This document shows positions 1 through 12,677 of a stretch of 64,000 bases of DNA, piece after piece (position 1 is the first letter of the stretch; the number at the start of each line of letters is the position of its first letter). The translations under genes were made by a program, and so were the position numbers. The stretch is from Azolla caroliniana. Its lineage: Eukaryota > Plantae > Polypodiophyta. The stretch covers positions 14,260,001 to 14,324,000 of the forward strand of contig JBHGNT010000013.1 in NCBI GenBank assembly GCA_043228905.1. Direction: 5' to 3'. The notes under the pieces are model-generated. The model made no database searches. It saw only the letters and a list, made by a program, of their open reading frames with translations, and was not told the origin of the DNA.

Positions 1-1091
1 CCCTTTATCTTCTCGAACGTGGCCCAGGTACCACGGTGTCCGGCCCAAGGGCTGTCGTGGTAGGCCGTCAGCAGCTCCTCCTGTTCTTCCTTCATCGCCA
101 CCACCCGGAGCGGAGCGCCGTCCCTCTTCTTCGGGTGCTTCCATAAGTATCCGTCCTGGAGAAAGAATCGGTAAGCTTTCTTCCGGATCCGGTTGGCCTC
201 GCCCTTCGTCCATGACGCATCCGGCGTCATTGTCCTCAAGAATCCACCGATCTGGAGCCACTCGCTGTCGTACTTGCTCTCGTCGAAGTCGTTAAGTGCC
301 GGAGTGCTCGTCCCATCGGTCGTCATGTACGCCGCCTCGAAGAAGTCCACGCCGACTTCTTCGTCCTCCGAAACCATGCCGCCCTCGCCATCAAACCTCG
401 CCCTCGAAAGCATGTCGCCCATGGCGTTGTCCTTTCCACCATCGGCTCCACGATCGTCGGGTCTACGCACCCGATCTCTTCCGGTGAGAATGCAAAGGCT
501 TTACCGTGCCTTCCGAGCATTCTCCGAAACCGGTCTTCCTCCGCCGGCAGTAGGAACCAGCCCCCACCGATCTTGAGCTCCCGGAGCGTTCCGTCGGTGA
601 AGGTGTGTCCTATGCAGGCCGGATCTCGTAAACTGGGGTCCGACGCCACCCCTCTGATTCGGGACTCGCTGCCCTCCGGCAAGGGTGCCGCGACTGGCCT
701 TACCTTCCGGTCCACAGTCTTGTACCTCGTGCTAACCCTGGCCGTCCGATCCGACCCGAGCCCCCGACTGAAGTTCGCGATGACTTCGTACATCTCTTTG
801 GAACATACCGGTATCGTCCGGTCTTCGTTAAGGTCTTCTTCGGAACCTTCCTCAGCATCCCTAAGGTGTCGTCGAAGGAGACCGCTTCCACGGCTCCGCT
901 GATTCCCTCGTCCGGGCCGAGAACTCCGCACGCTCGAAGTCGCTCTTCCGCCCTTGTCTTTTCTCGGCCAACGATGCCGACCATCATACACCCTCCGTTG
1001 TCGGAGAAGCAAAACCTCCTACCTATTGTACAATCGTGGGGTCTTTCCCGAGTGTCCGGACTATCTCGGACCCACGCCTTGGCAGCCCTCT
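1..1091 (-). pseudogene. pol: pol remnant of element A: pre-RT region joined directly to the RNaseH-end/integrase-start region
   Basis: Translation IGCVDPTIVEPMV jumps at ~437 to the KDNAM/MLSRARF region. About 1.3 kb present in F (~27265-28546) is missing. Confidence 0.85.
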
Positions 1092-3218
1092 CTAAAAATC
1101 CTCCCGGTTCTCGCCACCGAGGGATTCGCGGTTTCTCTCGTGGTTCGGCCGCACCGTCAGAAACTGAACCGAATGGCGCCCGTCCTGGCTTTTGACCCTC
1201 GCGTAGGCCGACCCGTTGTCCAGCACCTTGGTCTCCATTCTCGCCGCCGTGATGTATGGTTCCCCTAATATGACCGGATGCGAGGACGTCTCCTGTACGA
1301 AGAAGTGCTGGTCAATCTCGACGTCGCCGATCTTTACTCGCACATTCGGGCAGGCCCCGTGCAGTTCCTCGGTGGCGCGCGTCGCCGCCCGTATCTTCCA
1401 CCCGTGCCTCGTGTTGATCAGCCACTTTCCCTTCTTAAAGAAGTCCATGGACATTAGGTTTATTTCCGAACCGTGGTCCACCAACGCCACCACCGGTTCC
1501 TGAACATCTCCGATCTTTACCGGGGTCTCCGTGGTCGCTAGGGCCCAGTGTGGCCTCGAATAGTGGCTCTCCGCCCACTCATCTTCCAGCGCCGAGTCGT
1601 CGATGTGCGTCGTCCGCACCTCCACCGGTCTTTCCGGTTCCGTCTCCGTTGACAGTCTCTTCCGTTTCACCAAGTCTACAATGGAGTCGTGGAACTCCTT
1701 CTTGGCGATCCCTAGCACCTCCCGTAATGACAACTCCACTTTGCTATTGAGGATTCGTTCTTCTAGGACCTTTCGTAGGTCCGTAGTTCTTTCTATTTCT
1801 GTCCCCAGTCGGTACCCGCCCTTCCTGGGGTTATCTTGCGGGCCGGGCCCACCGGCATCGTTACGTCGTTGCCCGAATCGGGTCTCGTACCGTTGTGAGG
1901 GCCCGGCCGCTCCGGCTTTCCCCACTCGTTTTTCTTCTACCAGAGCCTCGTAGTTCCGGCAAGCGGCTTCTACGAAGCCCGTCTTCTCCTCGACCGGATC
2001 GCTCCACCCGGTTATTTCCCGGACCCGTCTCTCAGCGTGGTCTGTTTCATCTTTCCTCAGCCGCGCGCCGGCGAGGCCTTCCAGCATTGCCGACCAGAAA
2101 CCGTCTTTACTCTCCTTCCGGGCCTCGCTGCCCCCGACCTGAATACCGGCTGACGCCGAGTAGTGGATGGCCTCCACGTGTCGGGCCGCTGCCTCTTCCA
2201 TCAGTCTCTTCATACCTCCTCGCCCGTCGTTTCGGCTCAGGGCCCTCCTGGTGTCGCCAGCGTGCACCCGGCCTTCCCACAGGTACACCACCCGGTTTCT
2301 CAACGCCTCCGCGAAATCGCCGCAATCCTTCCGAATGTGGCCGACCTCATCGCACCACATGCACCTGCTCCCCGTTGCCGGCCGTCGGTCACGAGCCGGT
2401 TCGCCGCCTTCCCTTCGAGTCTGGGCGATCTGGAGATCCTTTATCGCCCGCGTTAACTCCTCTAGCGCTGCTCCTCCGGACGAGCCATTGACCATGCTGG
2501 CCGAAGCCGGACCGGTTTCGAGCCATTCCCGGGTTTCTTCCCTTCGCACTTGCGGTGCCGGTTCAAGCCTCCTTGCTGTAGCAGAGCCCGCACCGGCCGC
2601 CCCGTTGTTAGCCCATTCTCGCCGTTTGTCGAAACGGCCACAGACTCTCTTAACCGCAGCCCAGTTGGTTGTCAGCCCGTCTTTAGTTTCCAGCAAAGAG
2701 CCGACTTGATCCCGGTCCCGCTCGTCCACCGACTTGACGAACAGTAGGACCCGGCTCGTATCCAGAATAGTTCGTTCAAGCGCCGAAAGGCGCGCAAAGC
2801 ATTCTTCGAACTACCGGAGGAGTGCCGACGCGTTTCTTCCTTTGCCGGGGGACTCCACCCATTCCATGAAGTCCCGTTTCGAAAGCCGGAGCGTGTCGTC
2901 CAGCCCATATTTCTCTAGGAGTCGGCCTTCGAACTCCTCCCAGGTACGGCTCTCCGCCCGTACCTCGAGCACCTCCGCATGGATGCTCGGGATCGCCACT
3001 CGAGGGAACCCGGCAAGACGCCTCTCTTCCGGAATGTCCCGCATCAGCATTTCCACCCCGTAGGACGCCAAATACTTCGTAGCATCCTTCCCGCTGAAAC
3101 GGCCGATCGTACCGACGACCGCCTCAATGGCTCTGTCAAGGGCACCGGTGCCCTCGCGTGTGCTCAATATCCAATCCACGGCCGAAGCCATGGCCTCTGC
3201 AAGATCTGACCCCCTCAT
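1092..3218 (-). pseudogene. gag: gag-protease ORF of element A with one premature stop (2811-2813)
   Basis: Track ORFs 2811..3245 and 1092..2729 are in the same frame. CCHC knuckle CMWCDEVGHIRKDC and protease-like LVDHGSEINLM. Confidence 0.88.
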
Positions 3219-3240
3219 CTTCTGATCTTCTGCCACCTCC

Positions 3241-3258
3241 TTCACGTCGGGTTCACCA
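3241..3258 (-). promoter_or_regulatory. Primer binding site, tRNA-Trp
   Basis: TGGTGAACCCGACGTGAA, complementary to the plant tRNA-Trp 3' end (TTCACGTCGGGTTCACCA), 4 nt from the LTR. Confidence 0.88.
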
Positions 3259-3262
3259 AATA

Positions 3263-3902
3263 TGTCGAGGTATTCCTCGCGGAGGCGTGGAATGAGGCGG
3301 GACCTCGGGGGTCCTGTACCGAAGAGTAAGAGAGAAAGAGAAGAGACCCACTACGTGCGAGCGTAGATTCACAGGGACACGGCCCTTCGACGCAAAGACG
3401 CGAATGGGACAACGACACAGAAAGACACGAAAGTATGTATGTATTGACAAGACAAACAACCAGAACACGAAGACAACAAACACAAAGTCGGTTACAACCG
3501 AACAGGCCGGCGAACAGGTGCCGATACCTGCTCGTAAACGCACAGAGGGGAAAGAGTAGGTTGGAGGTGCTGCCGGAAGCACTCGGGCATTCCTCAGAGC
3601 AGCGCGAGCCTCCCGAAACCTGCACAGCAGGAAGTTATGGCGTTTGCAACAGGAAAGAGAGAGAGAGAGAGAAGCCTTCGCACGCAAAAACCGACAGCAC
3701 TTCGTCCTCGACTCTCCGCGATCCCTCTACCCTCCTCGTCTCCCTCCTTTTATAGGCAAGGAAGGAGTCGTTTCCCCTTTACTCCCTACCTACCGAGTCT
3801 ACCTAGGATCTCCTATGTACAACTTAAGGCGCACGTGCATGAAGAGTCGGTTTCTACGCTCCGGTACACCGATTCCGCTTGTGGACGGTTTTCTTCACGA
3901 CA
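3263..3902 (-). repeat. 5' LTR of element A
   Basis: TG...CA ends, homologous to the F LTRs, adjacent PBS. Confidence 0.92.
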
Positions 3903-4732
3903 ACGCATCTAAAGGGTTCTTTTCCTTTAGGGCCCTGACGATTCATGTTGGCTAGCGTGACCTTCTCGAACTTCTTCCCTAGCTCTTCAATGATGTCGTC
4001 ATCAATCTTCTTTTCTTCCACGTTACTTTGTCTCAGCGGCTCAGCTACTTTCGGCGGTCTTGCTTTCTCCGTGGTAGTCGGTCCCGTCAAGTCGGTGTCA
4101 TCAACCCATTGGCGACGCTTGTCGAGCCTATTGCATGCCCGCTTCACCGCGATCCAGTCCGCTACGAGCCCATTTGCTTGGGTATCATCTTCGAGAAGAG
4201 TCCCCAACTCCCGTCTATCCTTTATGTCCATGGCCTTCAAGAAGTACAAAGTCTTATCCTCTTCAAGCAACACTTGGTCCGTATTGGGGAGACGACTAAA
4301 CATCTGGTCGAATTCTTCGTACACCCTCGAGATGCTTATCTTCTTATTCTTATTCTCTATCCACTTCATCAGGGCATGTCGAGTCATCCTCGTTGAGTCT
4401 TCAGTCACGAACTCCGCTAGTATCGTTTTCTCGAATTCGGACCATGTTGTCTTACCTTCTTGAAGCTCGATGACGCGTCTTTGGATGTTATTGGCGACAA
4501 CTCTCTTGAAGCTTGTGATTTGACGTGCCTCGGACACGTCCCTCTTATTCATCTCCCTTCTATATGTATCAAGGAACTTCGTAACGTTCCTTCCATCGAA
4601 TTGGCCCTCGAGCTCTACGACACGATCGACAGCCTTCTCCACGCTCGCGTCGTTGTCCCGAGATCTCATCATTTGCTTGACGATTAGCATCATCCTTTCG
4701 AGCTCTCCTGCTTGGTTTCTTGAGGACGCCAT
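3903..4732 (-). pseudogene. gag: gag of element B, cut by element A at the start of the zinc knuckle
   Basis: ORF 3854..4738 is homologous to A/F gag (FDGRNVTKFL, LYFLKAMD..DRRELG.LLED) and runs into LTR A after EPFRC. Confidence 0.85.
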
Positions 4733-5192
4733 CTCCAAGTATTAATCTCGACTTGATCCTTCCTACCGCCTCTTTCACGTCGGGTTCACCACTTAATTAT
4801 GTCGTGAAGATCCGTCACTACGCGCGGATCGTGAAGCGGAACCGCCGGGGTTCTGGACCAGAAGGATTTAGAGTCGATACAAGCTTTGGCGAGAAAGTAC
4901 TTAAGATAGATTGGGAAAGAGAGAAGTTGAGATTACACGATTGATTTGATAACGAATTTCTTCCTCTTAATTTTCATAAAAAAAACCGTGTTTTTTCTCC
5001 TCCCCCTTCCCTCTTTTATAGATGCTCTCATGCATATGATGCATGTGAGGGTACAAGACATGCATAAATTGCATGTTTGCCATTTGGCGCTTATGTATTA
5101 CATGTGGTGCATGATAACCATGTCACTCATTTTAGTTCTCATGTATGAGAATTTACATGTAAAAGTACAATGATAGAAATATAATTTTCACT

Positions 5193-5265
5193 AAATAGCA
5201 TGGCTTAATGGTAAGCCAATTGACTCATAACTTGGAGGTGCAAGGTTCGAATCCTTACTTGCCCT
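5193..5265 (+). other. tRNA-like remnant / Pol III A and B boxes inside the LTR of B
   Basis: A box TGGCTTAATGG (5201-5211) within the perfect stem GGCTT/AAGCC, CTCATAA loop (5224-5230), B box GGTTCGAATCC (5244-5254). Acceptor and anticodon stems pair poorly. Confidence 0.6.
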
Positions 5266-6972
5266 CTTTGTATATGTAAATATGTATATATATATATATA
5301 TATCTAGTCGCCGGACGCCGGATACCGTCGCCGGATGTCGTCGGTTACCGGTGCCCTTGCCGGATGTCGCCGGATCACCGGCTCCATCGTCGGTCCGGTT
5401 TTGGTTGGCCAAAACCCTTTACGAGTAGCTAGCCCACCTCCACTCTTAGTTCAAGTTACCTTGAACTCTCTATGCTCCACACATAGACACAAAGATAATA
5501 TCTTTTGCTCCACCTTATATATGATGAGAGCTGTATTTGTCGTGCCTATGTGGGATATCTCACAATTTTCTCCTTTCCTTTTACAAACTTTATACCCTCA
5601 TATCTTGACATTTAGTTGTCCGTTTCTCGTGTAATAAAGTGCATTCGAAACCTCCATCATTTTGTACTTAGATATTAAATCTATTTAAAATGTTATCTTC
5701 ACAATTATTGTACTACGTGATTCATACTCGATTTCGTACATTTTATAGGATTTTCACACTATTGCCGAAAATCTTCACGACAGCGTGCGTGTAGAAAGGG
5801 GCGGGACCACGGGGGTCTTGGACGAGGGAAAAGGGGATGCCAAGAAAACCGACTCCGGACACGACCCGGAGGCGACCGAACACGAGAGAGAGAGAGCGTG
5901 CGCATGACACCGACTCTTATGCACAGGGAACGGAGGGCTATGCTCCCGACACCACTGGATACACCAACATGCACAAGGAGATACAAGCGTATATATTACA
6001 AAGGAAAAGATACAACCTCGGCTTCGAGCCGGGCTACGCTCAGAAGAAAAGACGTTAACCCTAATAGAGCTTTGCCGCCATGGCTACTGTGCCCAGCTTC
6101 TCAAGAAGGAGAAGAAGAAGAAGACCATAAGACAGTTACTAACCCTAGAAATTCTTAACAAAACGACCCTCTACAAAATGGTATACCCTTACGACTAAAA
6201 AATGGGCAACCCCTCAACAAGGAACCCCTCCCTCCTTTTATAGACCAAGGAGGGGAGGGCGTTACAATGTGGGACAAATACTCCCCTTTATTCTATACCC
6301 CGTTTCCTACTATACATGTGCACATGTTGCACATTTCCGACTTGCCCATTCCACCCCGGTTTCACACTATAGCCGGAAATTTTCACGACATCCACCCCCA
6401 CCAAACCGCACATCCACCGGTATGAGCCAAGAAAGGAAAGGGGTGAGAGATTTCGGCTACGGTGATCAACCGGGTTCTTCACCTTCCTGGCACCCGGCCG
6501 TCTTGCCGGTTCCTTGTCGGCGCCGACCCGTCGGCCTAATCCGATCCACCACGTCCGCCGCACGCACCTTCTTCTTCAACCGGCCCTCCCGAACACCGTT
6601 GCCAACCCAGTCTCTCTTCCTTCGCTCACCGTGCATGTCCTCCAGGTAGACCCCCCCCAGTTACTTAGATTGCTCGCCGGATGCCACTTCTCGCATACCG
6701 CGTGTGTTCCATCTCTGGCTCGACCTTCTCCTCACCCCGAACACCTCGTACCGACTCCCTTCGTTTTGTGCTCGCCTCCCGTAGGCTCTTTCCGGGTGTC
6801 GTCGTTGTTCTCTGAATACGCGCTCGATGTTTCCCCTTGCTTGCCGTGCTTTTTCACGGTAGAGCATTCCGTCATCCTGACCTCCATGTCGGTGCCCTTC
6901 GCGTCGCCCAAGTTTTCGTCCCGTGTTGTTGCCCATCGCCTTCGTCCCCTCGCCGCCACCTTCCTTCCCCTT

Positions 6973-7932
6973 GGTCTTACGTTGGCTCGACGGCTTGAAC
7001 TGCCAAAGTCTCCGGAACCGGTGTGGAGGATCCCTCTCCGGTCTTCCGTTCTAGATCACCTGAACCGGTAGAATTCATTCGCCTCTGTAGTACCGCTGTA
7101 AGGCCTCCATGTGCCGTGCTCTTGTTCCCGGCACTGCCGTGTGCCGTCTTCCGTCGTCCTTGTTCGGCACCGCCTGTGCCGAACAGCGTCCTACACTCGT
7201 GCTTTGCTTTGGCCCTCGATGGCCACTCATACACTCTTGTTCCGCTCCGAGCTTAGGCCTCACCGACTTCCTTCCGAAACCGTAACCGGCCGGTGAGGGT
7301 TCGGCCCTTATCAACTCCGGCCTTGCCGGCTCTCAATCCGCTCTTCCTGCATCGTCGGTTCCCGTTTCCTGCCGCCACCATCCTTCTCACTAGGTCTTGC
7401 ATTGCCATGTTGGCTTGAATTGCCGGTGTCTCCGGATTGGTGTGAGGATCCCATAGGAACACCTTGCCGCCTTGCCGGTTTTGGTTTTGTGGCCGCCTTG
7501 CCGGCCCGATACTTCCTTGCCGCTCTGCCTTCGCCCCTCCTGCTTGATCCCGTTTACCTGCCGCCACCATCCTTCTCACTTGGTCTCACGTTGCCACATC
7601 GGCTTGAACTTCCAGTGTCTCCAGATTGGTGTGAGGATCCCATAGGACCGCTTTTCGTTCCTCCTCTTTTCGGATCGGTTGTATTGGCCGTGACCTCCGT
7701 GTCCTCGCCGTCACTTTCCGTCTCTTAGGTCTTCCTTTGGTTCTCGGACGCAAATGCCTAAGTCTCGGGAACGAGTGTGGAGGACCCATACTTCGGTCAA
7801 CCGCCCCTTTAGTTACCCCTCGTTGCCGTTGATCCCCCTTTTACGCTCCCCTACCATCTCCCTTCTCTTTCGGTCTCACGTTGCCACGTTGGCTTGAATC
7901 GCCAAAGTCTCAGGTCAAGATGTGGGGTATCC
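6973..7932. repeat. Four dispersed ~60-bp direct repeats in the 3' interior of C
   Basis: GGTCTYRCRTTG...GGCTTGAA...GTCTC...GTG..GGATCC at ~6973, 7393, 7582 and 7873. Confidence 0.75.
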
Positions 7933-8702
7933 GATTTCGTAACATCTTCCAGCGACTCGTCCCAGGCCACCGAGCCTTCTAGTGCTGTCGGTGGATAGCA
8001 TCCGCTCTGTGATCAACCAAGCCCCACCTGGGCTTGATTCTCCAATGTCCGGAGTTCCCGCTCCGATGCCGATCCCGCCGGATTCGTTCTGAACCCTTGA
8101 TCACCTTCCTTTTGATTCCCGACCTTCGTCCGGTCGGTCTTTCTCCCCATGTAAAAGAGGGCGGCTCGTTCCACACCCTCTCCTGTATCGGCAATCTCAT
8201 GCCGATTCTGGCCCCGGTCGAACAATCCACGCTCGGATCATGCCCCACCCAAATTGGAGTGCCGCGCGGTTCGGTCCCCGCTCGTGTCGTTTCATGGTTC
8301 CTTCGCTGACCTCCTCGAGGGCCATTTCCCATCCATCTTCGCTGGCATCGTGCCAGGACTCATAGATATCGTCATCCATCTCCTTGGTCTCATGTGGGCA
8401 TAAGGGCCCGAATGCCGAGTTCTCCGGAATCGGTTCCGAGGGCTCTTGTCTGCTCCTTCCTCGTATCATCTCGCTAGTGATCCTCGGCCTCACGCCACCG
8501 CCCTCCTCCTCTTGGGACTCACGTGGGCGCTCGGGCCCGACTGCCATTGTTTCGGGAGCAAGTGTGGGAAGACACAAAGAATCGCTGTCCGTTTTACGCC
8601 CTTGTCCATAGCCACCGGCTCCACGTGTTCGGTGATCGTTCCCTTACCGATCGTGCAAGCCACACCTGGGCTTGCTTCTCCAATGTCCAGAGTTTCGGGC
8701 TG

Positions 8703-9653
8703 TCATGCCTGAAACCACCGGTCCCAACGTTCCGATCCTGCGATCGGTATCTTGGCCTCGTCCTCGGCCGTTCTATCTCCGCAAGTCGAGAGGGTGTTTT
8801 GTTCCGCACCCTCTCCCGTGGCACCGTCATACCGATCTTCTATCATCTCGTGGGGCAAGTTCGTCTCCTCGGCCTCGGCTCGCGGCCTCGATCTTTCCTC
8901 TTCCTTGAGCATTGCCTCGAGAGCTGCGTACGGCTTCTCAATCCTAGCCCCGAAGCCGACCCTTGTTGACTCTCTTTGCCGTTCGGCCTCCTCCCGCTGT
9001 GATGGCACACCGTCGTGCGCCTTCCTCTTAGCCTTCTCAGCTTGCTCGTCATCTAGCTGCTGGCATACCCTTCCAACCTTCGACCAGTCCTCCGTAAGGC
9101 CATTCGCTCCGTCCTCGTCTTCAAGCTCAATCCCGATGGCCTGTCGTTTTGCTCGGTCGATCGACTTAACGAACAATAGGACTTTGTCCGTCCCCACCAA
9201 ACCTTGTTCCCGCTTCGGGAGCCGAGCAAGCCATCGCTCGAACTCTCGGAACACCTTCGTTGCACCCTGGTAGGTCTTCGCCGATGCCACCCATTGGTCG
9301 AAGCCGCGTCGTCCCTGACTCTTCCGTCATCCTCCATATGCCTGCAGGAGCCCCTCTTCGAAGGCCTCCCATGAACTATGAGCTTCTCGGAGCTCCTTCA
9401 CTTCCACGTGCATACGGACGACGACGACCCGACAGGAGAACTCCAGCCTCAACGCCTCGTCTACGTCTCGCCCCTTCATTTCCGCGTTGTAGGCTTCCAA
9501 GTAGAATGGGACCTTGTCCCCGTTGAAACGATCGACTCTTTCGACCCCTTGCTCAACAGCTTGCTGCGCCGTCTCTCTTCTTGTTGTTGCTCATCCAAAC
9601 TCCCTCACCGCTTCGACAAAATGTTGCACGAAGTTGTCTTCGTCGAACTCCAT
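8703..9653 (-). pseudogene. gag: Degenerate gag of element C
   Basis: Fragments such as VFREFERWLARL...DKVLLFVKSID...DGANGLTEDWSKVGRVC match A/B/F gag. Frameshifted. Confidence 0.75.
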
Positions 9654-10300
9654 TCTCCCTTGCTGTCCTTTCACGTCGGGTTCACCAAAGATGTCGCGTT
9701 ATTACGCACGTGCGTGTAGAAAGGGGCGGGACCACGGGGGTCTCGGATGAGGAAAAAGGGGATGCCAAGAAAACCGACTCCGGACATGACCCGGAGGTGA
9801 GTGAACACGAGAGAGAGAGAGCGTGCACACGATACCGACTCTTATGCACATGGAACGGAGGGCTATGCTCCCGACACCACCGGATACACCAACATGCACA
9901 AGCAGATACAAAGGAAAAGATACAACCCCGGCTTCGAGCCGGGCTACACTCAGAAGAGAAGACGTTAACCCAAACAGAGCTTTGCCGCCATGGCTACTGC
10001 GCCCAGCTTCTCAAGAAGGAGAAGAAGAAGAAGACCACAAGACAGTTACTAACCCTAGAAATTCTTAACAAGACGACCCTCTACAAAATGGTATACCCTT
10101 ACAACTCAAAAATGGGCAACCCCTCAACAAAGGACCCCTCCCTCCTTTTATAGACCAAGGAGGGGAGGGCGTTACAATGTGGGACAAATACTCCCCTTTA
10201 TTCTATACACCGTTTCCTACTATACATGTGCACATGTTGCACATTGCCGACTTGCCCATTCCACCCCGGTTTCACACTATAGCCGGAAATCTTCACGACA

Positions 10301-12677
10301 CCGGTTCACCGACATAATGCTACGGGGGCTCAAGGTCGGTGGGGGTGGCTTCCTACTGCCAACGGAGGAGGAGAAGTTTCAGGAAATGCTTGGAAGGCAC
10401 GGTAAGGCCTTCACGTTCATGCTAGGGGAGATCGGGTGAGTAGACCCGATGATCGTGGAAGCAATGGTGATCTTCATGGTACCGCATGTGCCGTGGAATC
10501 TCAAGCAAATTCTGGTACCTAGAGCTCACATCTCGGAGTTAGTGAAGCTGCTAAAACAGAAGGTGGAGATGGGCATCCTCGAACTGTCGAGTGCCCCATA
10601 TTCGAACCGGTGGTTTACAGTGACAAAGAAGAACGACACGATGCGCTTCATACATGACCTACAGCCGGTCAACAAGGTGACCATTCGAAACGCAGGTATC
10701 GGACCGACAATCGACGATTTCGCGGAGGCCTTCGCCGGAAGGTCAATCTATTCGGTCGGTGATCTATACTCGGGGTATGACCAGTTCCAACTAGCCGTGG
10801 AGAGCAGGGATATTACGACGATGCGAACCCCTCTTGGACTAGTACGGATGTGTACCTTGCCGCAAGGAGGGATCAACTTGGTGGCGAATATGGTGAACGC
10901 TATGAACAAAGTGCTAAGGGACTGCATCCCAGACATCACCATGTCGTTTTTGGACGACATACCGGTAAAGGGATGTCCGGTGGATGAGAAGGATGAGTAG
11001 GTTGCGCCGGACGGTTGTCGGAGGTTTGTTGCGAACCACATTAAAGACTGCGAGAAGGTGTTACAAAGGCTTGAGAGCATGCGGCTCACCTTCTCTGGAG
11101 ATCTTGGTAGTCGGGCAGTCGGAGATCTTGGTAGTCGGGCACTTGAGCGGGCCTTACGGCCGGAAACCGTCTCCGGCGAAGGTGGAGGCCATCTCCACGA
11201 TGAAGGACGATTGCGGGTCGGTAACGGAGGTCCGAAGGTTCTTGGGAGCGTGTGCGTTCTATCACATCTGGATTCCGCTCTACGCACACGTCGCAGAACA
11301 ACTCTATGGGCTGCTGAAAAACGGGCGTAAGTTCGAATGGGGGAAGGAGCATACGGAGTCGATCCGGAGACTGAAGGAGGCGCTTACTGCGGCACCGGCT
11401 CTCCGGAAAGCAGTTTACGGCAAGGAGGTCCCAATCTACGTAATCGTAGATACGAGCCCGATCGAGATAGGATGGGAGATCAATCAGGAGGACGAGGGCG
11501 GCACGCGGTTCCCGATCCGGTTCGGGGCAAAGGTTCTCTGTGAGCGACAATGAGGATACGCCCAAGTTAAGCGAGAGCTCTGGGGTATTGTTTGGCCAGT
11601 CAAGGCTGACAAATATTATCTTATCGGGACGGATGTAATAATCGAGATGGACTGCCTACCGATCCTCGGTATGGTTTCCGGATGCGCGATTCCAGACCTC
11701 GTGATGCTCATGTGGATCGCGTACATAAAGTCCTTGAATTTGGAGATATGACACATATCCGGAAAGAGCTTTCTAGAGCAAGGTTTGACGACGAAGACGG
11801 AATGGTTTCGGAAGACAAAGAGGTCGGCGTGGACTTCTTCGAGTCAGCACACGTGATAACAAGGGCAGGGAGCACTCCGGCGCTGAGCGAGTTCAACGAG
11901 AGAGAGTATGATGGGGAGTGGCTCCGGATTGGAAGATTCCTCAAGACGATGACGCCGGATACCGCGTGGACAAGAGATGAAGCTAATCGGATACGGAGAA
12001 AAGCTTATCGATTCTTCCTGTAGAACGAGAGCATTTGGAGGCACCCAAAAAAACGAGGCAACTTCCCACTACGTGTAGTAGCAAGGAAAGAGGAGCAGGA
12101 GACGTTGCTTGCGGCGTACCACGAGAGTCCCTAGGCCGGGCACCGTGGGACTTGGGCCACCTTCGAGAAGCTGAAGGAGAAGTATTGGTGGCTGGGGCTG
12201 TACCAGGATGTGCACCAATTTCTGACAACGTGCAAAAGTTGCCAGATGCACTCCGCAATCCGACATCGGGATGAGCTATACCCGACCTACCCGCCAACCA
12301 TCCATTTCAAGTGGATGGTGGACTTAGTAACGATGTCGATGGGAGTAGGGCAGATGCGGTACCTGGTGCTGGCGCGGGAGGATTTGACGAACTAGGTGGA
12401 GGGTCGCGCACTACAAAACAAGATGACCGCGGCAGTCTGCCGGTTCCTGATTGAAGAAGTAGTATACCGGTGTGTAGGGAAGATCATGGCGGATCGAGGA
12501 GAACCAGATGCATAGGAAGCTGAGGAGTTGTTCGATTGGTTAGGAGTCAAGCTCTCCCTCACTACGGCGTACAACCCGGAGGCAAACGGGAAGGTGGAAC
12601 GCGGACATGGCCAATGGTAAAGGCGTTGGTACGGGCCTGCAGAGGCCAAGTCGGGAATTGGCCGCGGCTCCTACCCT
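10301..12677 (+). pseudogene. pol: Degenerate pol copy 1 (RT, RNaseH, integrase core)
   Basis: DLYSGYDQF, SFLDD, VRRFLGAC, HFKWMVDLV. Multiple stops and frameshifts. Confidence 0.9.

Larger units (their letters stand above)
1..3902 (-). mobile_element. Ty3/Gypsy LTR retrotransposon A (tRNA-Trp-primed group), 3' part outside window, RT/RNaseH deleted
   Basis: 5' LTR 3263-3902 (TGTCGTGAAG...CCTCGACA), PBS 3241-3258, gag-PR ORF and pol remnant. Close homolog of element F. Interrupts the gag of element B. Confidence 0.93.
3903..5782 (-). mobile_element. Ty3/Gypsy element B (Trp-primed, divergent subfamily): 5' LTR, PBS and gag start
   Basis: LTR 4800-5782 with 12-bp terminal inverted repeat TGTCGTGAAGAT/ATCTTCACGACA. 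Trp PBS at 4774-4791. Sits ~17 bp from the end of the 3' LTR of C. Confidence 0.85.
5783..10300 (-). mobile_element. Non-autonomous gag-only LTR element C (TR-GAG-like) of the Trp-primed group
   Basis: Paired LTRs 5783-6390 (truncated by B) and 9692-10300, Trp PBS 9670-9687, PPT-like tract 6391-6408, decayed gag. No RT, RH or INT motif recognised in the 3.3-kb interior. Confidence 0.87.
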
